A stretch of DNA of 64,000 bases from an uncultured Methanoregulaceae archaeon (GCA_963717525.1 OY970343.1:96001-160000); one strand, 5' to 3'. Counted from the stretch's first letter, positions 23,080 through 33,808 are shown. Numbers and translations: made by a program. The notes: generated from the sequence alone by a model not told the origin.

Positions 23080-24198
23080 ATGGACATGACAAAGAAATGG
23101 CTGGTCAGGTATTCCGAGATCTTCTTAAAATCGGACCCGGTGCGCCGGCAGTGGGAACGCGTCCTGATCAATAACATCAGGCAGCAGATGCCGGACACAA
23201 AGATCAAGAGCGAGCGGGGCCGGATCTGGCTCACCGGTGAGGTTGACCCCACAAAACTCCGGCATGTCTTCGGGATCGTATCATTTTCCGAGGTCGAACA
23301 CGTGCCCCGTGACGTACCGCTGGAATCGGCGGTGGTGGAATACGGCAGGACCCACGGCCTGCCTGCCGCAAAGACGTTTGCGCTCAAAATAAAACGAGTG
23401 GGCAGGCACAGTTTCTCCTCGAACGACAAGGCAATAGAGCTTGGTGACGTGGTCAGGAAGGCCTTCCCGCACCTCAAAGTGAACCTCGCCACTCCCGATG
23501 TGGAGATCCATGTCGAGATCCGGCAGGACGAGTGCTACCTGTACGATACCGTGATCAAGGGGGCAGGAGGTCTCCCGCTCGGCGTGGAAGGGACACTTGT
23601 GGCCCTTGTCTCGGGAGGGATCGATTCGCCCGTTGCGGCGTACATGATGATGAAGCGGGGCTGCAAAATTGTCCCGATCTTTGTCGCGCTCGACACCTTC
23701 CTTGACGAGACCGTGCTTGCCCGGGCCGAGCGGGTCGTAGAAGTGCTCCGGCAGTACCAGCCCGATATCCAGCTCCGGGTGATCCACGATTCCTACCTTG
23801 CCGCAGCAAAAAAGGAGCTGATCCGGAACCGGCAGGAGAAGTATACCTGTCTCTTCTGCAAGCGCCGGATGTACCGGATTGCCCAGGCCATCGCACTGGA
23901 AGTCGGGGCAAAGGGCATCGTGAACGGCGAATCGCTCGGGCAGGTGGCCAGCCAGACCCTCGATAATCTTGTTGTCCTCTCCGATGCGGCGGAGATCCCG
24001 GTCTACCGCCCCCTCATCGGGTTTGACAAGGCGGATGCGATTGTACTTGCCCGCGAGATCGGGACCTACGAGGAGTCCACCAGTAAGGCAACGGGCTGCA
24101 TGGCGGTGCCCACGGGACCGTCCACGAAGGCCCAGCTCGCGGAGATCCAGGAGATGGAGCGGCATATGGATTCGACGAAGATGCCACTGCCGGTGTGA
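23080..24198 (+). CDS. thiI: tRNA 4-thiouridine synthase (methanogen type, no rhodanese domain)
   Basis: THUMP, GGLPLG, SGGIDSPVA, CLFC, GESLGQVASQT, RPLIG. Confidence 0.92.
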   Translation: MDMTKKWLVRYSEIFLKSDPVRRQWERVLINNIRQQMPDTKIKSERGRIWLTGEVDPTKLRHVFGIVSFSEVEHVPRDVPLESAVVEYGRTHGLPAAKTFALKIKRVGRHSFSSNDKAIELGDVVRKAFPHLKVNLATPDVEIHVEIRQDECYLYDTVIKGAGGLPLGVEGTLVALVSGGIDSPVAAYMMMKRGCKIVPIFVALDTFLDETVLARAERVVEVLRQYQPDIQLRVIHDSYLAAAKKELIRNRQEKYTCLFCKRRMYRIAQAIALEVGAKGIVNGESLGQVASQTLDNLVVLSDAAEIPVYRPLIGFDKADAIVLAREIGTYEESTSKATGCMAVPTGPSTKAQLAEIQEMERHMDSTKMPLPV

Positions 24199-24200
24199 TA

Positions 24201-24260
24201 ATTTTCCGGAATCCTCAGCTCATGACCCGAACTTTTTTAGAAATGTTCAGATCCCGGGCT
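24201..24260 (+). repeat. Left boundary direct repeat (att-like)
   Basis: 32 of the first 37 nt match 58749-58785. Confidence 0.65.
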
Positions 24261-24282
24261 GTTCTTTTTTCGGAAAAACCGG

Positions 24283-24378
24283 TAACGTTAATAAACATTT
24301 TTTGAAAAGTTCGATAACATTGGTAAACAATTTGAGAAAAGTCCTATAACCTCATTGAACATTTTTGAAAAACGCACT
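24283..24378 (+). repeat. Three degenerate 32-bp tandem repeats
   Basis: TAAC..T.AACA.TTT..GAAAA units starting at 24283, 24315 and 24347. Confidence 0.55.
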
Positions 24379-24413
24379 ATGATTAGTGAGGCCTTTTAGA
24401 GAGAGGCAACTCA

Positions 24414-25346
24414 TTAATTTCCCAGACGATAATGGCTGTTTGTGATAGGCGTTAAGATATCCATCACTGACTCGAATTCCAATTCAGAGCCGATGCAGAT
24501 TACCTGCTCACCCTGTAGGGTATCCTTGAGGAAGTCTATGAGAGAAGTTCTGTGCAAAATATCGAGATGGGAAAATGGACTGTCCAGGATGAGCGGCAGC
24601 TGACATTTTGTAGATTTTCTTAATCCAGCCAGAAGAGACAGCCAAAGAACAATCCGGTCTCCTGTCGACAACGTGGGCAAACAATCGTAATTATCGCGTT
24701 TCAAATGAAAGATCCCATTCTCATCAAATTCAATCGAAAAGTCAGAATCTGTATATTTTCTCTTGAGGGCGGTCCATACCGCTCCTGAAACAATCTCAAT
24801 TATTTTCTCGTTAGAGATTTTTGAAATTTTCGATCCAAACGTGACTATATTTTCTATCAGGTTTGTTGGGTTCTGCTCTCCATTCCAAAGATAGAGGAGA
24901 TCTGATTCACGGGGAAGTTCATAGTCACCATCAACCCACAGGGATTTTCGCAATTCTTTAACCGCGCGCACGTCGGAAAAAAGTGAAATATCTTCATTTA
25001 ACCATGAATATTCGCACGTTCTCTCAATCTTCAGCCTTACGTCGGAATTTGCTTCAGAGAGGAACACCTGAACCGAAACTTCGACTTTTTGATGATTCTT
25101 CAACGATTTTAACAACTGATGGTTTATGAGAGATGGATCCTGTGTCGAGATATCCTGATTACCCTGACTAAAAGCCCACCGCAATGCATCCACGATAGTA
25201 GTTTTACCTGAACCACACGGCCCTTCTATGATATTAACAAATTTTTCAGGAGAATGCCCAAGAACAATCTCGTTTTTTCCGAGGAACGACCTAAAATTGT
25301 TTATAACAATCTCATCAATTATCAGGGATGGGCATGTTAAATCCAT
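24414..25346 (-). CDS. Compact DndD/SMC-like ABC ATPase
   Basis: INNFRSF, GPCGSGKTT, LSTGD, PLILDSPFSHLD; no long coiled coil. Confidence 0.75.
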   Translation of the reverse strand: MDLTCPSLIIDEIVINNFRSFLGKNEIVLGHSPEKFVNIIEGPCGSGKTTIVDALRWAFSQGNQDISTQDPSLINHQLLKSLKNHQKVEVSVQVFLSEANSDVRLKIERTCEYSWLNEDISLFSDVRAVKELRKSLWVDGDYELPRESDLLYLWNGEQNPTNLIENIVTFGSKISKISNEKIIEIVSGAVWTALKRKYTDSDFSIEFDENGIFHLKRDNYDCLPTLSTGDRIVLWLSLLAGLRKSTKCQLPLILDSPFSHLDILHRTSLIDFLKDTLQGEQVICIGSELEFESVMDILTPITNSHYRLGN

Positions 25347-25501
25347 AATTTCTACTCTCCGAACGTCTAACGTTTTTCCGAATTTGGCGTTTCGATTAAT
25401 ATCTTTTATGGTACAGCCGGTCCGGCGATCCGGCCCCGGATTTCAGCCGGAATCTCCCGGTGAATTTCTCCGACGTATATCCGGGAAGTGTTGAAAAATG
25501 T

Positions 25502-25526
25502 GTCCTCTAGGATTATCCTAGAGGAC
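25502..25526. repeat. Perfect 12-bp inverted repeat abutting the first Xer-like site
   Basis: GTCCTCTAGGAT-T-ATCCTAGAGGAC. Confidence 0.8.
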
Positions 25527-25552
25527 TTCTTTTAATTCCTATTAAAGGAATA
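25525..25552 (+). other. dif/Xer-like site, spacer TTCCTA
   Basis: ACTTCTTTTAA-TTCCTA-TTAAAGGAATA. Confidence 0.7.
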
Positions 25553-25776
25553 ACGTAAAATCTAAAATTTTAGAGAGATCTCTGCCTAGAGAATCGCTGG
25601 AAAATCGAACCGGAAACCGGGCGGGACATTGAGCCCCTCAACTTATCAAATCCTATCGCTCGGATCCAGTTTGCGGCCTGTATTTTTCCCGCGGTTTAGG
25701 ATGTATGGAACTTTTCAAAAATGAGAGATGAACTGAGGCTGATACTCCACTGCCTGTCATGAAATCCGCGGCATTA

Positions 25777-27003
25777 TCAGAACTCCCTCATTATCTTTAT
25801 CGCACAAAATTCCCCGCACATTGTGCATTCCGCCTCACCATCAGATAACTCGCGCGCCCTCCCGGGATCCATGGAACACCGGATCTGGCCTTCGCGATCG
25901 AGCGCTGCCCGTAGTTCAGAGACAGTTTTATCCACAGCGTCACGGCCGTATTTTACCGTATCACCAATATGGGCTGCAATCCGGAAAGCAATGAGCCCTT
26001 CTTTTACCGCAGCCGGTGTGGGAAGGCCGAGGTGTTCGGCAGGAGTTATATAACAGAGATAATCAGCTCCGGCAGCACTTGCGGCACTCCCACCGCACGC
26101 CCCGGCAATATGGTCGTAACCAATGGCAATATCTGTGGGCAATGGTCCGGCAACAAAAAGCGGGAATGGGGACAATCTCTTTTGATACTTGATATATGAC
26201 AGGATACGGTCACTCCGGATATGACCGCCGCATCCTTCGATGATAACCTGAACCCCTCTTGCCAGCGCCCGGTGTGCGAGTACAATATTCTGGCGGATCT
26301 CGGCAACCTGCATTTTGTCTCTCCGGTCATGGATACACCCGCTCCGTGCGGTGTTTCCGAGTGAAAGGACAATATCGTGCTTCCGGCATATCGACAGGAC
26401 TTCATCAAAATGCTCCACGAACGGGTTCTCGCACTGGTGAATGAGCATAAATGCGCTGGTGATCGAACCGCCTTTGGATACCATGCCGAGCACCCGGTTC
26501 TTTTTCCGGAATCCGTCGAGCATCTCTCTGCTGACGCAATGGACAACAACGGAACTTATCCCCGCCTCTGCCTGCTTCCGGAGAGTCGTAAGGATATCGC
26601 CGGAAGTCATCTCCTTAAGGCCATTTTCGACAACAGCCTGGTATACCGGGACGGTTGTAATGGGAAGCGTGGTAACAGAACATATCTCCCCCCGGATTGC
26701 ATCGATGTCACCGCCCATCGAGAGATCGCTTATCGTGTCAGCGCCAAATTCCTCCGCGATCCGGGCCTTCTTGATCTCATCGCCGACATTTATCTTCCCT
26801 GTAGAAGTACCGAGATTGACGTTGATCTTGGTACTGAGACCCCTGCCGATTCCTACCAGCCGGTCACCGCGTTGCATGATCACCGTGCTGCCATCGGCTA
26901 TCTGCCGGCAGAGGGTCGCGGAATTCACACCTTCCTTCTCTGCAACCAGCCGCACCTGTGGGGTAATTATCCCTGTTCTTGCATGCTCAATCAGTGTTTT
27001 CAT
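25777..27003 (-). CDS. thiC: ThiC-family radical SAM enzyme (ThiC or a Bza-like paralogue)
   Basis: KINVNLGTS, GADTISDLS, TVPVYQ, GYDHI, TPAEHLGLP, CTMCGEFC. Confidence 0.85.
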   Translation of the reverse strand: MKTLIEHARTGIITPQVRLVAEKEGVNSATLCRQIADGSTVIMQRGDRLVGIGRGLSTKINVNLGTSTGKINVGDEIKKARIAEEFGADTISDLSMGGDIDAIRGEICSVTTLPITTVPVYQAVVENGLKEMTSGDILTTLRKQAEAGISSVVVHCVSREMLDGFRKKNRVLGMVSKGGSITSAFMLIHQCENPFVEHFDEVLSICRKHDIVLSLGNTARSGCIHDRRDKMQVAEIRQNIVLAHRALARGVQVIIEGCGGHIRSDRILSYIKYQKRLSPFPLFVAGPLPTDIAIGYDHIAGACGGSAASAAGADYLCYITPAEHLGLPTPAAVKEGLIAFRIAAHIGDTVKYGRDAVDKTVSELRAALDREGQIRCSMDPGRARELSDGEAECTMCGEFCAIKIMREF

Positions 27004-27220
27004 CGTGCACTCGTTCCGGAATATCCGGTTAGTTGTGGGGGTTCAAAGGATATGGATTCTGACTTTTATGTCCGCACCGGATCTTCTAACAGTACCGATA
27101 TGGATACAACCAGAATTGACCAAAAACACTTGTCATGAATCAATAAATAATTGGCTTTGTAGAAGACCTTCCTTCTCCGAAGTAAACAACTGACCTCAAA
27201 AAGTTAAGGTACGGTGTATC

Positions 27221-27248
27221 CCTACCTTTTATGCAAATAAAAGGAAAT
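27221..27248 (+). other. dif/Xer-like site, spacer TGCAAA
   Basis: CCTACCTTTTA-TGCAAA-TAAAAGGAAAT. Confidence 0.72.
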
Positions 27249-27596
27249 ATCGTGTTATTCAGTTCTGGAACCAATACAATTTACATCTGAAAATTATTGA
27301 TAATAATTAATCTTACTTCAGATGGGGAACTCGAAGAAGAATGGGATTGAGGAAGCCTAGATATATGATGGGTAGGCGAGAATACGCTTGAATAAGTAAT
27401 GTGATACTTACAGGGATAATATCCGGTTTTTCCTGTTACGGGTATTAAGTTTTTCAATCAGAAGTCGAATTTTGGATAAATTTCCTGCATTTTGACCCCT
27501 TGCAGAGGTATGCTTTACATTAATATTATTAAAATAGAGAGTAACATTTATCGGTATATATACTGAATCATTTCACACTTAATTGCTGAGGAAATT

Positions 27597-29159
27597 ATGA
27601 AATTCGATGAAGCTTGTATTGGATCGGGCTTAATGGAAGCCATCACAGTTGGTTTATACGGTAATAATCTGAATTGTTTAAGAGAATATATTCAGAACGG
27701 AATAGATGAAGATGCGAAGAATATCGAATTATTTTTTGAAAATGGCGATCAGGATTTCGTAATAAAAGATGATGGAAATGGGATGAATCGCACTAAATTA
27801 ATCAGCGCATTAAGTATTGGAATATCAGAAAAAACTGAACCTGATATAGGATGGAGAGGAATAGGAATTTGGAGCGGAGTTCCGGTCTCAAAGAAGATCG
27901 TAATTATCACAAAATCGAGAAACAAGCCTATATTAAAGATAGAAATTGATAATGATGTAATACGGAAAGAAATTCCACTCAAAAAACCACTTTTAGACGT
28001 TTTAACCAAAGCGACAACTGATATTGAGGAATTAAAGCCTGGCAAAGATGACTCGTTAGCAAACTCTCATTACACGATTATCCGATTAGAATCAATTTTG
28101 CATACGCAAAAAAGTATTTTTGTTAAAAAGGAGATTAAAAAATATTTAGCCCGAGTAATCCCCATCCCATTTAATGAAGAAACATTTCTTTTTGCACCTG
28201 AGATAAATAAATTATTGAAAGATTCGAATGTAAAATTCCCTCTTGTTAATGTTACTTTCCAAGGAGAGAAAATTTTTAGATTCCCAGAGAGAAGCGATAT
28301 ATTTTTCGAAAAAATTTCAAAAAAAGAGTTTAAAATAGAAGGGGAAGTCGTGGCGATAGGCTGGTTTATCACCCACAAAGAAAATGGGGTTCTTAAAGAT
28401 CCAAATGGTGGTATAATTTTCAAAAAGAAGGGATTCACTATCGGAGATAAACACTTAGTCCACAAACAATTTGAAGGGCATTATGCTCAATGGCAATACG
28501 GAGAAATCCACATAATTTCAAATGAATTGAAAGAAGATACTGCTAGAAATAATTTTGAAAATACTTCTCCGAAACTTGATCCCTTTCTTGAAGATGTTGG
28601 CGCATTCGTTGGACAATTGCATTTACAGAATCAATATCAATCGGCACGTGTCGTAACTAAAGATTTAGCAAGAACTCAAAAATATATCGAAAAGGAGGAT
28701 TTCAGCAGTGCCAAGGAAAAGATAAAAGAAATCACTGGCCGATTGGCAGAAAGGAGGAGTTATCCAGGAGATGATTCATTAAAAGAAATGAAATCGGTGC
28801 TGGATTCAGAATCCACCCAAAATAAAGAAGAATTGACAGAAATCAAAAAGGAACTCGTTGGACAGACGCCGAGTTTGAAAGAAGCAAAAATATCCCATCG
28901 TGAATCAACAATTATGAGTTTGCCGAAGCCAGTTAGGGATCATATCCCCAAAACAAGGAAAAAAGGAAAGCTCGATCTTCAGAGTAGTTTAACAGATTCT
29001 ATTAGAGATAAATTGAAAGAACAAACTGCATCCTCATCCAATGAAATTCATGAGTTAACTAGAGAGGCTTTTGGATGGGATATAATAAAAGCATCCAATA
29101 AACCTCCCCTCCTTACAATAGATCCTACATACAATAATCAAAACCAGCAGGATTCTAGG
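27597..29159 (+). CDS. GHKL (Hsp90/MORC-like) ATPase, 3' end cut by IS481
   Basis: LREYIQNGID, IKDDGNGM, GWRGIGIWSG; AT-rich; ORF runs into the IS end. Confidence 0.8.
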
Positions 29160-30181
29160 TGTAGAGTGCCACAATTAATGTCCGATTTGTTGACAGAGTT
29201 TATGTCCGCTTGATAGACATTTTCTGTTTTTATTAAAATTAATTTCGTTGTGATAGACTGATGTCGGAGTCATCCAGTTCAGGATCTCCTGCTTTCTCCA
29301 GTTGTTGTACTGGTGGTCGAAGGACCAGAGTTCCCGTTTGAAGTGGCTTAACGAATAGAATTCCTTGAGGGCAATGAGTTCCTGATAGAGAGTCTTGTGA
29401 TACCGTTCAATCTTGCCACGGCCACGCGGGTTGTACGGCCGGCCGAAGATCAGTTTGATACCGTTTTTCTGTGCTTCAGCTTTGAAGACTTTTGAGACAA
29501 ACTGTTTCCCATTATCGAGATAAATTTCACGAGGGATTCGTCCGGTGCGGAGCGCCCAGCGAAGAGCGTTGACCGCTGATGCAGCATCTTTGTGAAGATA
29601 GACCTTGCTTTTCACCCGATACCGGGAGCAGTCATCAGTAAAACCGGTGACATAGACCTTGCCGACACCCCGGATACGAAACTGGAACGTATCACCCTGC
29701 CACATGCTGTCAACGTGACGACGTTGGAATCGTTTGCCGGCTGGCTGAGGTTTTGCTTTGACACGAATGAGAAGTCCATGCTTTTTGAGGATACGATGGA
29801 CTGTCCTCCAGGAACAGGCCAGATCAAACTGGTACTTGATACGACGGGCGCCCCATGCAGGATATTTCTCTTTGAGCCGGATAATTCGTCGTTCCAGTGA
29901 CGGAGATATTGCCCGAGGGGATCGTTTCGGCCCGGTCTTTTTGGGTCGCAACCCATCCACCAGGTCTTCACGATGGGCCTTGGCCCAGCGTCTCACCGTC
30001 CTTTCGGAGATGCTATACGTCTCTCCGATCTCTCGTGCGCTTCGTATTCCTTCTTCATAGAATACGACTGATTTGGTTCTGATTTCCATGGTCGCTTTCA
30101 CCCGCAAGCACCTCTTCGGTGCTCTTGAAAGCGGACATAAATACTGTCACTGTTTTAGGACAGAAACTCTGGCACTATACA
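29160..30181 (-). mobile_element. IS481-family insertion sequence
   Basis: TGT...ACA ends with imperfect IR TGTA.AGTGCCA.A and internal TTTATGTCCGCTT. Confidence 0.9.
29175..30107 (-). CDS. IS481-family DDE transposase
   Basis: HTH, WGARRI, WQGD, DDCSR, DNGKQF, GKIER. Confidence 0.92.
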   Translation of the reverse strand: MRVKATMEIRTKSVVFYEEGIRSAREIGETYSISERTVRRWAKAHREDLVDGLRPKKTGPKRSPRAISPSLERRIIRLKEKYPAWGARRIKYQFDLACSWRTVHRILKKHGLLIRVKAKPQPAGKRFQRRHVDSMWQGDTFQFRIRGVGKVYVTGFTDDCSRYRVKSKVYLHKDAASAVNALRWALRTGRIPREIYLDNGKQFVSKVFKAEAQKNGIKLIFGRPYNPRGRGKIERYHKTLYQELIALKEFYSLSHFKRELWSFDHQYNNWRKQEILNWMTPTSVYHNEINFNKNRKCLSSGHKLCQQIGH

Positions 30182-30352
30182 ACTATCTTTTGAGAATTGT
30201 TTTTAATTTGTTGAGCACTATGAATTACCCCAGGTAAAATATTCTTTCTATATTCATCAATCATTTTTTTTCTTGCATCAATTAGATCCATCACACACCA
30301 TTTATTTTCTGTCATTTCTTTTTGTTATTACGGAAGATAAAGTAGACTCTCA

Positions 30353-30380
30353 CATTCCTTTTATTTGCATAAACAGAAAA
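30353..30380 (-). other. dif/Xer-like site, spacer TGCAAA (reverse)
   Basis: CATTCCTTTTA-TTTGCA-TAAACAGAAAA. Confidence 0.68.
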
Positions 30381-30411
30381 AGACAATTTATTATTAGTAA
30401 CTCCATAAATT

Positions 30412-30439
30412 CTCTATTTTAATCTGAATTAAAATATTT
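30412..30439 (+). other. Degenerate Xer-like site, spacer TCTGAA
   Basis: CTCTATTTTAA-TCTGAA-TTAAAATATTT; context matches 33734. Confidence 0.5.
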
Positions 30440-30534
30440 GTAAATCATGAAAATGGGGCTATCCCCTTGACTCTATCGCACAAAAGAGTTCAGTTCCTCT
30501 AAAATTCCGATATGGTGAAATTATTATCTTGAAT

Positions 30535-32295
30535 TCATTTTCTTCTTTGGGTTATCTTAAAGAAAATACATGTCACGGCGATACCTGCCAAAGCCGAGGT
30601 GAAGGATAATGGCGTCGTAGGTGTTCCGGTCGTAACGGGTAGTGTTGGATTTACTCGCCAAAATGCATCCGGGATTGTTGAATTTGTTGGATTCAACGGG
30701 ATTATTATAGCGAAAGTCTGATTATCAATAGTCACGTTCTCCATCCCCCAATCTCTTGATACGGATGTAATTACATTCGAGGAAAATGTCGTGTCTGGTC
30801 CTAAAATGGGTATTATCAGAGAGTCGGTCTGATTATCAGCACTCACATCAACTATTGCGATACCGCTTGTTTCGGGGATAATAGTGGTGGAATTTGTGCC
30901 ATCCATTAATGTCCCGTATAACGGTTCGAGTCTGACATTCCCTTCCGGGGCTTCAAAAACAACAGGTATATCTGGCGGTTTGAAATACGTCAAATTAATA
31001 TAACTACCGTCAGAAGCGTAGAATAGATCAGCTCGGATTGCATTCTGTTGGTTTGGGTACAAATAACTGGAGGAAGTTATCCGCAGCTCCAGCCACGGGG
31101 TATAGTTGGCAGTGTAATCGGTTGACATTTCAGAGAAATGCGAAGATGGGTTATCATTCGAACCCCACCAGTTATACCGTGCATCAACTGGGGCCCATGC
31201 GTAAATGGCCGTCCCTCTATCATCATTCACGAGTCTGCTGGTTAGAATAAATACGGAAGCCCCATCGGAACCTCCTATGTCTGCAATAGCGCCCCCGCGC
31301 CCCCCGTTTTCTACCGAACAGTTTTCAATAGTTGAGGAAAATATGGCAATCTCACCTCGTGCGCCAATTGCACCTCCGCCGCTATTTTTTTCGGATACTC
31401 CGGCTGTGCAGTTTGTAAAAGTCGAAGAGGTTATGTCAAGACTGTCTCCATTCACGGGGAGCGGGGGTTCTGAGGAGATCGCACCTCCGCCTCCTTGGGC
31501 GATGCAATCTGATATGGTTGAAGAATTAACCACAGTATAATTGGTGGAGTCAATGGCTCCTCCTTGACCTGATGAACAACCTGTTATGAGTGAGGAGATG
31601 ATATTGGCCTCGCTGCCAATAAATTCAATGCCTCCGCCGGCGATCGTTGCTGAGCAGTTTGAAATGGTAGATGAGATAATTGTCAACGAACCACTAGAAA
31701 AAATCGCCCCACCGCTGTATGAGGTTGAACTGTTCATAATGATACACGAGGTAATGAGAAGAGAACCATCAGAATAAATGGCACCGCCATCAGGAGTATT
31801 TGATAGCTGCCCCCCGATAAGGGTCAGGTTATCAAGAGTGAGCGAAATTCCTCTTTGATTATAAAAAATCCTGCCGGTCCCTTGCGCATCAATAAGAGTG
31901 TTTTTTGCGTTCCCCCCCACTCCGACATTGGCCCGGATAGTTATGTCTTTTTTAATCGTAACGTTGTTCTCATAATACGTTCCTGGATTCAGTATAATCG
32001 TATCACCGGCGTTTGCCCTGGCGATTGTCATATTGATGATGTGAGGCGTACCTGGACTAATAGAAATTTCTGTTGCCGCTATTGGTACGAGAAGGATAAT
32101 AATTGCAATGACCAGAGCGCAAGGCCAGACAAAATTTCGGAGAAGATTCTGAATGGGACAAAACGGATTAAAAAGAATACTATTGTAAGGTACCTTCGTT
32201 AATGGGAGAAATATCACCTGATCTTTTTCTCGAACTGCCACCTGACAATTATTTGAACGCCGACAAAATCGGGAAGACCATTCGTGGATTCTCAA
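30535..32295 (-). CDS. Adhesin-like beta-helix surface protein (true start probably downstream of 32295)
   Basis: GDTIILNPGTY, repeated GGAI, NWWGSN, C-terminal TM plus basic tail. Confidence 0.8.
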   Translation of the reverse strand: MRIHEWSSRFCRRSNNCQVAVREKDQVIFLPLTKVPYNSILFNPFCPIQNLLRNFVWPCALVIAIIILLVPIAATEISISPGTPHIINMTIARANAGDTIILNPGTYYENNVTIKKDITIRANVGVGGNAKNTLIDAQGTGRIFYNQRGISLTLDNLTLIGGQLSNTPDGGAIYSDGSLLITSCIIMNSSTSYSGGAIFSSGSLTIISSTISNCSATIAGGGIEFIGSEANIISSLITGCSSGQGGAIDSTNYTVVNSSTISDCIAQGGGGAISSEPPLPVNGDSLDITSSTFTNCTAGVSEKNSGGGAIGARGEIAIFSSTIENCSVENGGRGGAIADIGGSDGASVFILTSRLVNDDRGTAIYAWAPVDARYNWWGSNDNPSSHFSEMSTDYTANYTPWLELRITSSSYLYPNQQNAIRADLFYASDGSYINLTYFKPPDIPVVFEAPEGNVRLEPLYGTLMDGTNSTTIIPETSGIAIVDVSADNQTDSLIIPILGPDTTFSSNVITSVSRDWGMENVTIDNQTFAIIIPLNPTNSTIPDAFWRVNPTLPVTTGTPTTPLSFTSALAGIAVTCIFFKITQRRK

Positions 32296-32373
32296 TATGT
32301 TTAGAGATTTATTTCACAGTATTTATAATGTATCCATCTGATATACAGGAAACGGAACATATCGAGGAATTAT

Positions 32374-33645
32374 ATGAACCCTGGTGATTCACCCTCAGGA
32401 AACGGATTCATCCACCCAATCCCATTTTGGATTTTTGTCTGTACCGCCCTCGGACTTATCCTTCTTATGGTAGGTCAGGTATCGGCACTAAATTTCAGCC
32501 AAACCGGAGGCACCAACGGGTTGGAGGGCAAAGCAGCAGTTGTCAATTATCTTATGAGTTCTAACGGAACCCTTTACGCCGCTACGGGAAACGGTGTTTG
32601 GACGTGGGACGGCTCGTCATGGTCTGAAGTGGGAGGATCTTCCGGGCTGACTGGCTATGCTCTCGTCGTTAACCAACTAGTTAGTTCAAATGGACTTCTC
32701 TATGCCGCGACAGCCGGGAGCGGAGTCTGGGCATGGGACGGCTCTTTGTGGTCCCAAGTCGGCGGCCCTCAGGGACTACCTGGAATGTCGTCAAGTGTCA
32801 ATTGTCTTCTCATTTTTAAAGGAACTCTTTATGCAGGAACATGGAACGATGTATGGGCCTGGAACGGAGCTTCATGGTCGTTAGTAGATAAAGTTGGATC
32901 TTCCCCGAGCACCAGGACATTGTATAATGTCATTAGTTTGGTTGATAAGGATGGGACCATCTATGCAGGGACGGATAACGGCGTATGGATGTGGGACGAC
33001 TCATCTTGGGAAACTGTTGGAAACACATCTCTAGCTGTGCATGACGGATCTGAAATTTCCAATCTTTACGTTTCCGATGGCACTCTTTATGCGTCAACAT
33101 TCGGGGGCGTTTTATCCTGGGATGGCACGTCTTGGAATAAGGTTGGTAGCTTCACCGGGTCAATAGCAAACCCGCTTACTATCTTTCAACTGAGCAGTTC
33201 TCAAGGAAATCTTTACGCGGGAACAACTTATGGTGTATATGAATGGGACGGATCATCTTGGTCCTCAATTAGCGAATTTAACGGGAATAAAACGATTGAT
33301 CCATCTATTTTGGCGAGTTCGTTCGGGGTGAATTTAACAACTGCTCCAACGACATTCAGGAATCAAACCTTGATTTCTAGCATATTGATTACACCAGACG
33401 GGATTTTGTATGCTGGAGTTGCGGGAGGTGGGGTTTGGGCTGCTCCTCTTCAGACTCTGAATCAAACCGCCGTTAATCATGAACCAATATCCAATAATAC
33501 AACAGAACCGACAACCGCTGAGGGGACCGGAGCTGTCCCAAATCAAATGACGACTGCTACCGCTGCACCCGTCCCTCTTCAGATTCCCCTTGCCGGAATT
33601 GGCACAGTGATAGTTTTATCAATGATCGCGAAAAGAAGAAAATAA
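32374..33645 (+). CDS. Beta-propeller repeat surface protein
   Basis: Repeated GTLYAGT..GVW.WDGSSW; Thr-rich linker, TM, KRRK. Confidence 0.8.
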   Translation: MNPGDSPSGNGFIHPIPFWIFVCTALGLILLMVGQVSALNFSQTGGTNGLEGKAAVVNYLMSSNGTLYAATGNGVWTWDGSSWSEVGGSSGLTGYALVVNQLVSSNGLLYAATAGSGVWAWDGSLWSQVGGPQGLPGMSSSVNCLLIFKGTLYAGTWNDVWAWNGASWSLVDKVGSSPSTRTLYNVISLVDKDGTIYAGTDNGVWMWDDSSWETVGNTSLAVHDGSEISNLYVSDGTLYASTFGGVLSWDGTSWNKVGSFTGSIANPLTIFQLSSSQGNLYAGTTYGVYEWDGSSWSSISEFNGNKTIDPSILASSFGVNLTTAPTTFRNQTLISSILITPDGILYAGVAGGGVWAAPLQTLNQTAVNHEPISNNTTEPTTAEGTGAVPNQMTTATAAPVPLQIPLAGIGTVIVLSMIAKRRK

Positions 33646-33733
33646 AATTTTCAAGAAGTTTCATTCACTATTTGCCGAAGTTTAATATGCATTAAAATTT
33701 TAAATTGGGATGAAAAGAAATTTCCTATAAATT

Positions 33734-33761
33734 TTTTCCATTAATCTGAATTAAAAGAATG
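33734..33761 (+). other. dif/Xer-like site, spacer TCTGAA
   Basis: TTTTCCATTAA-TCTGAA-TTAAAAGAATG. Confidence 0.62.
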
Positions 33762-33780
33762 ACGATACGATCCACCCATA

Positions 33781-33808
33781 TTTTCCTTTTATTTGCATAA
33801 AAGGCAAG
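33781..33808 (-). other. dif/Xer-like site, spacer TGCAAA (reverse)
   Basis: TTTTCCTTTTA-TTTGCA-TAAAAGGCAAG. Confidence 0.72.

Noticed and set aside
27004..27200. TPP riboswitch upstream of thiC
   Set aside because: The conserved CTGAGA and associated TPP aptamer motifs were not found on the coding strand.
33675..33721. Additional degenerate 11-6-11 matches (spacers TATGCA, TTGGGA)
   Set aside because: The arms are too degenerate to distinguish from AT-rich background.
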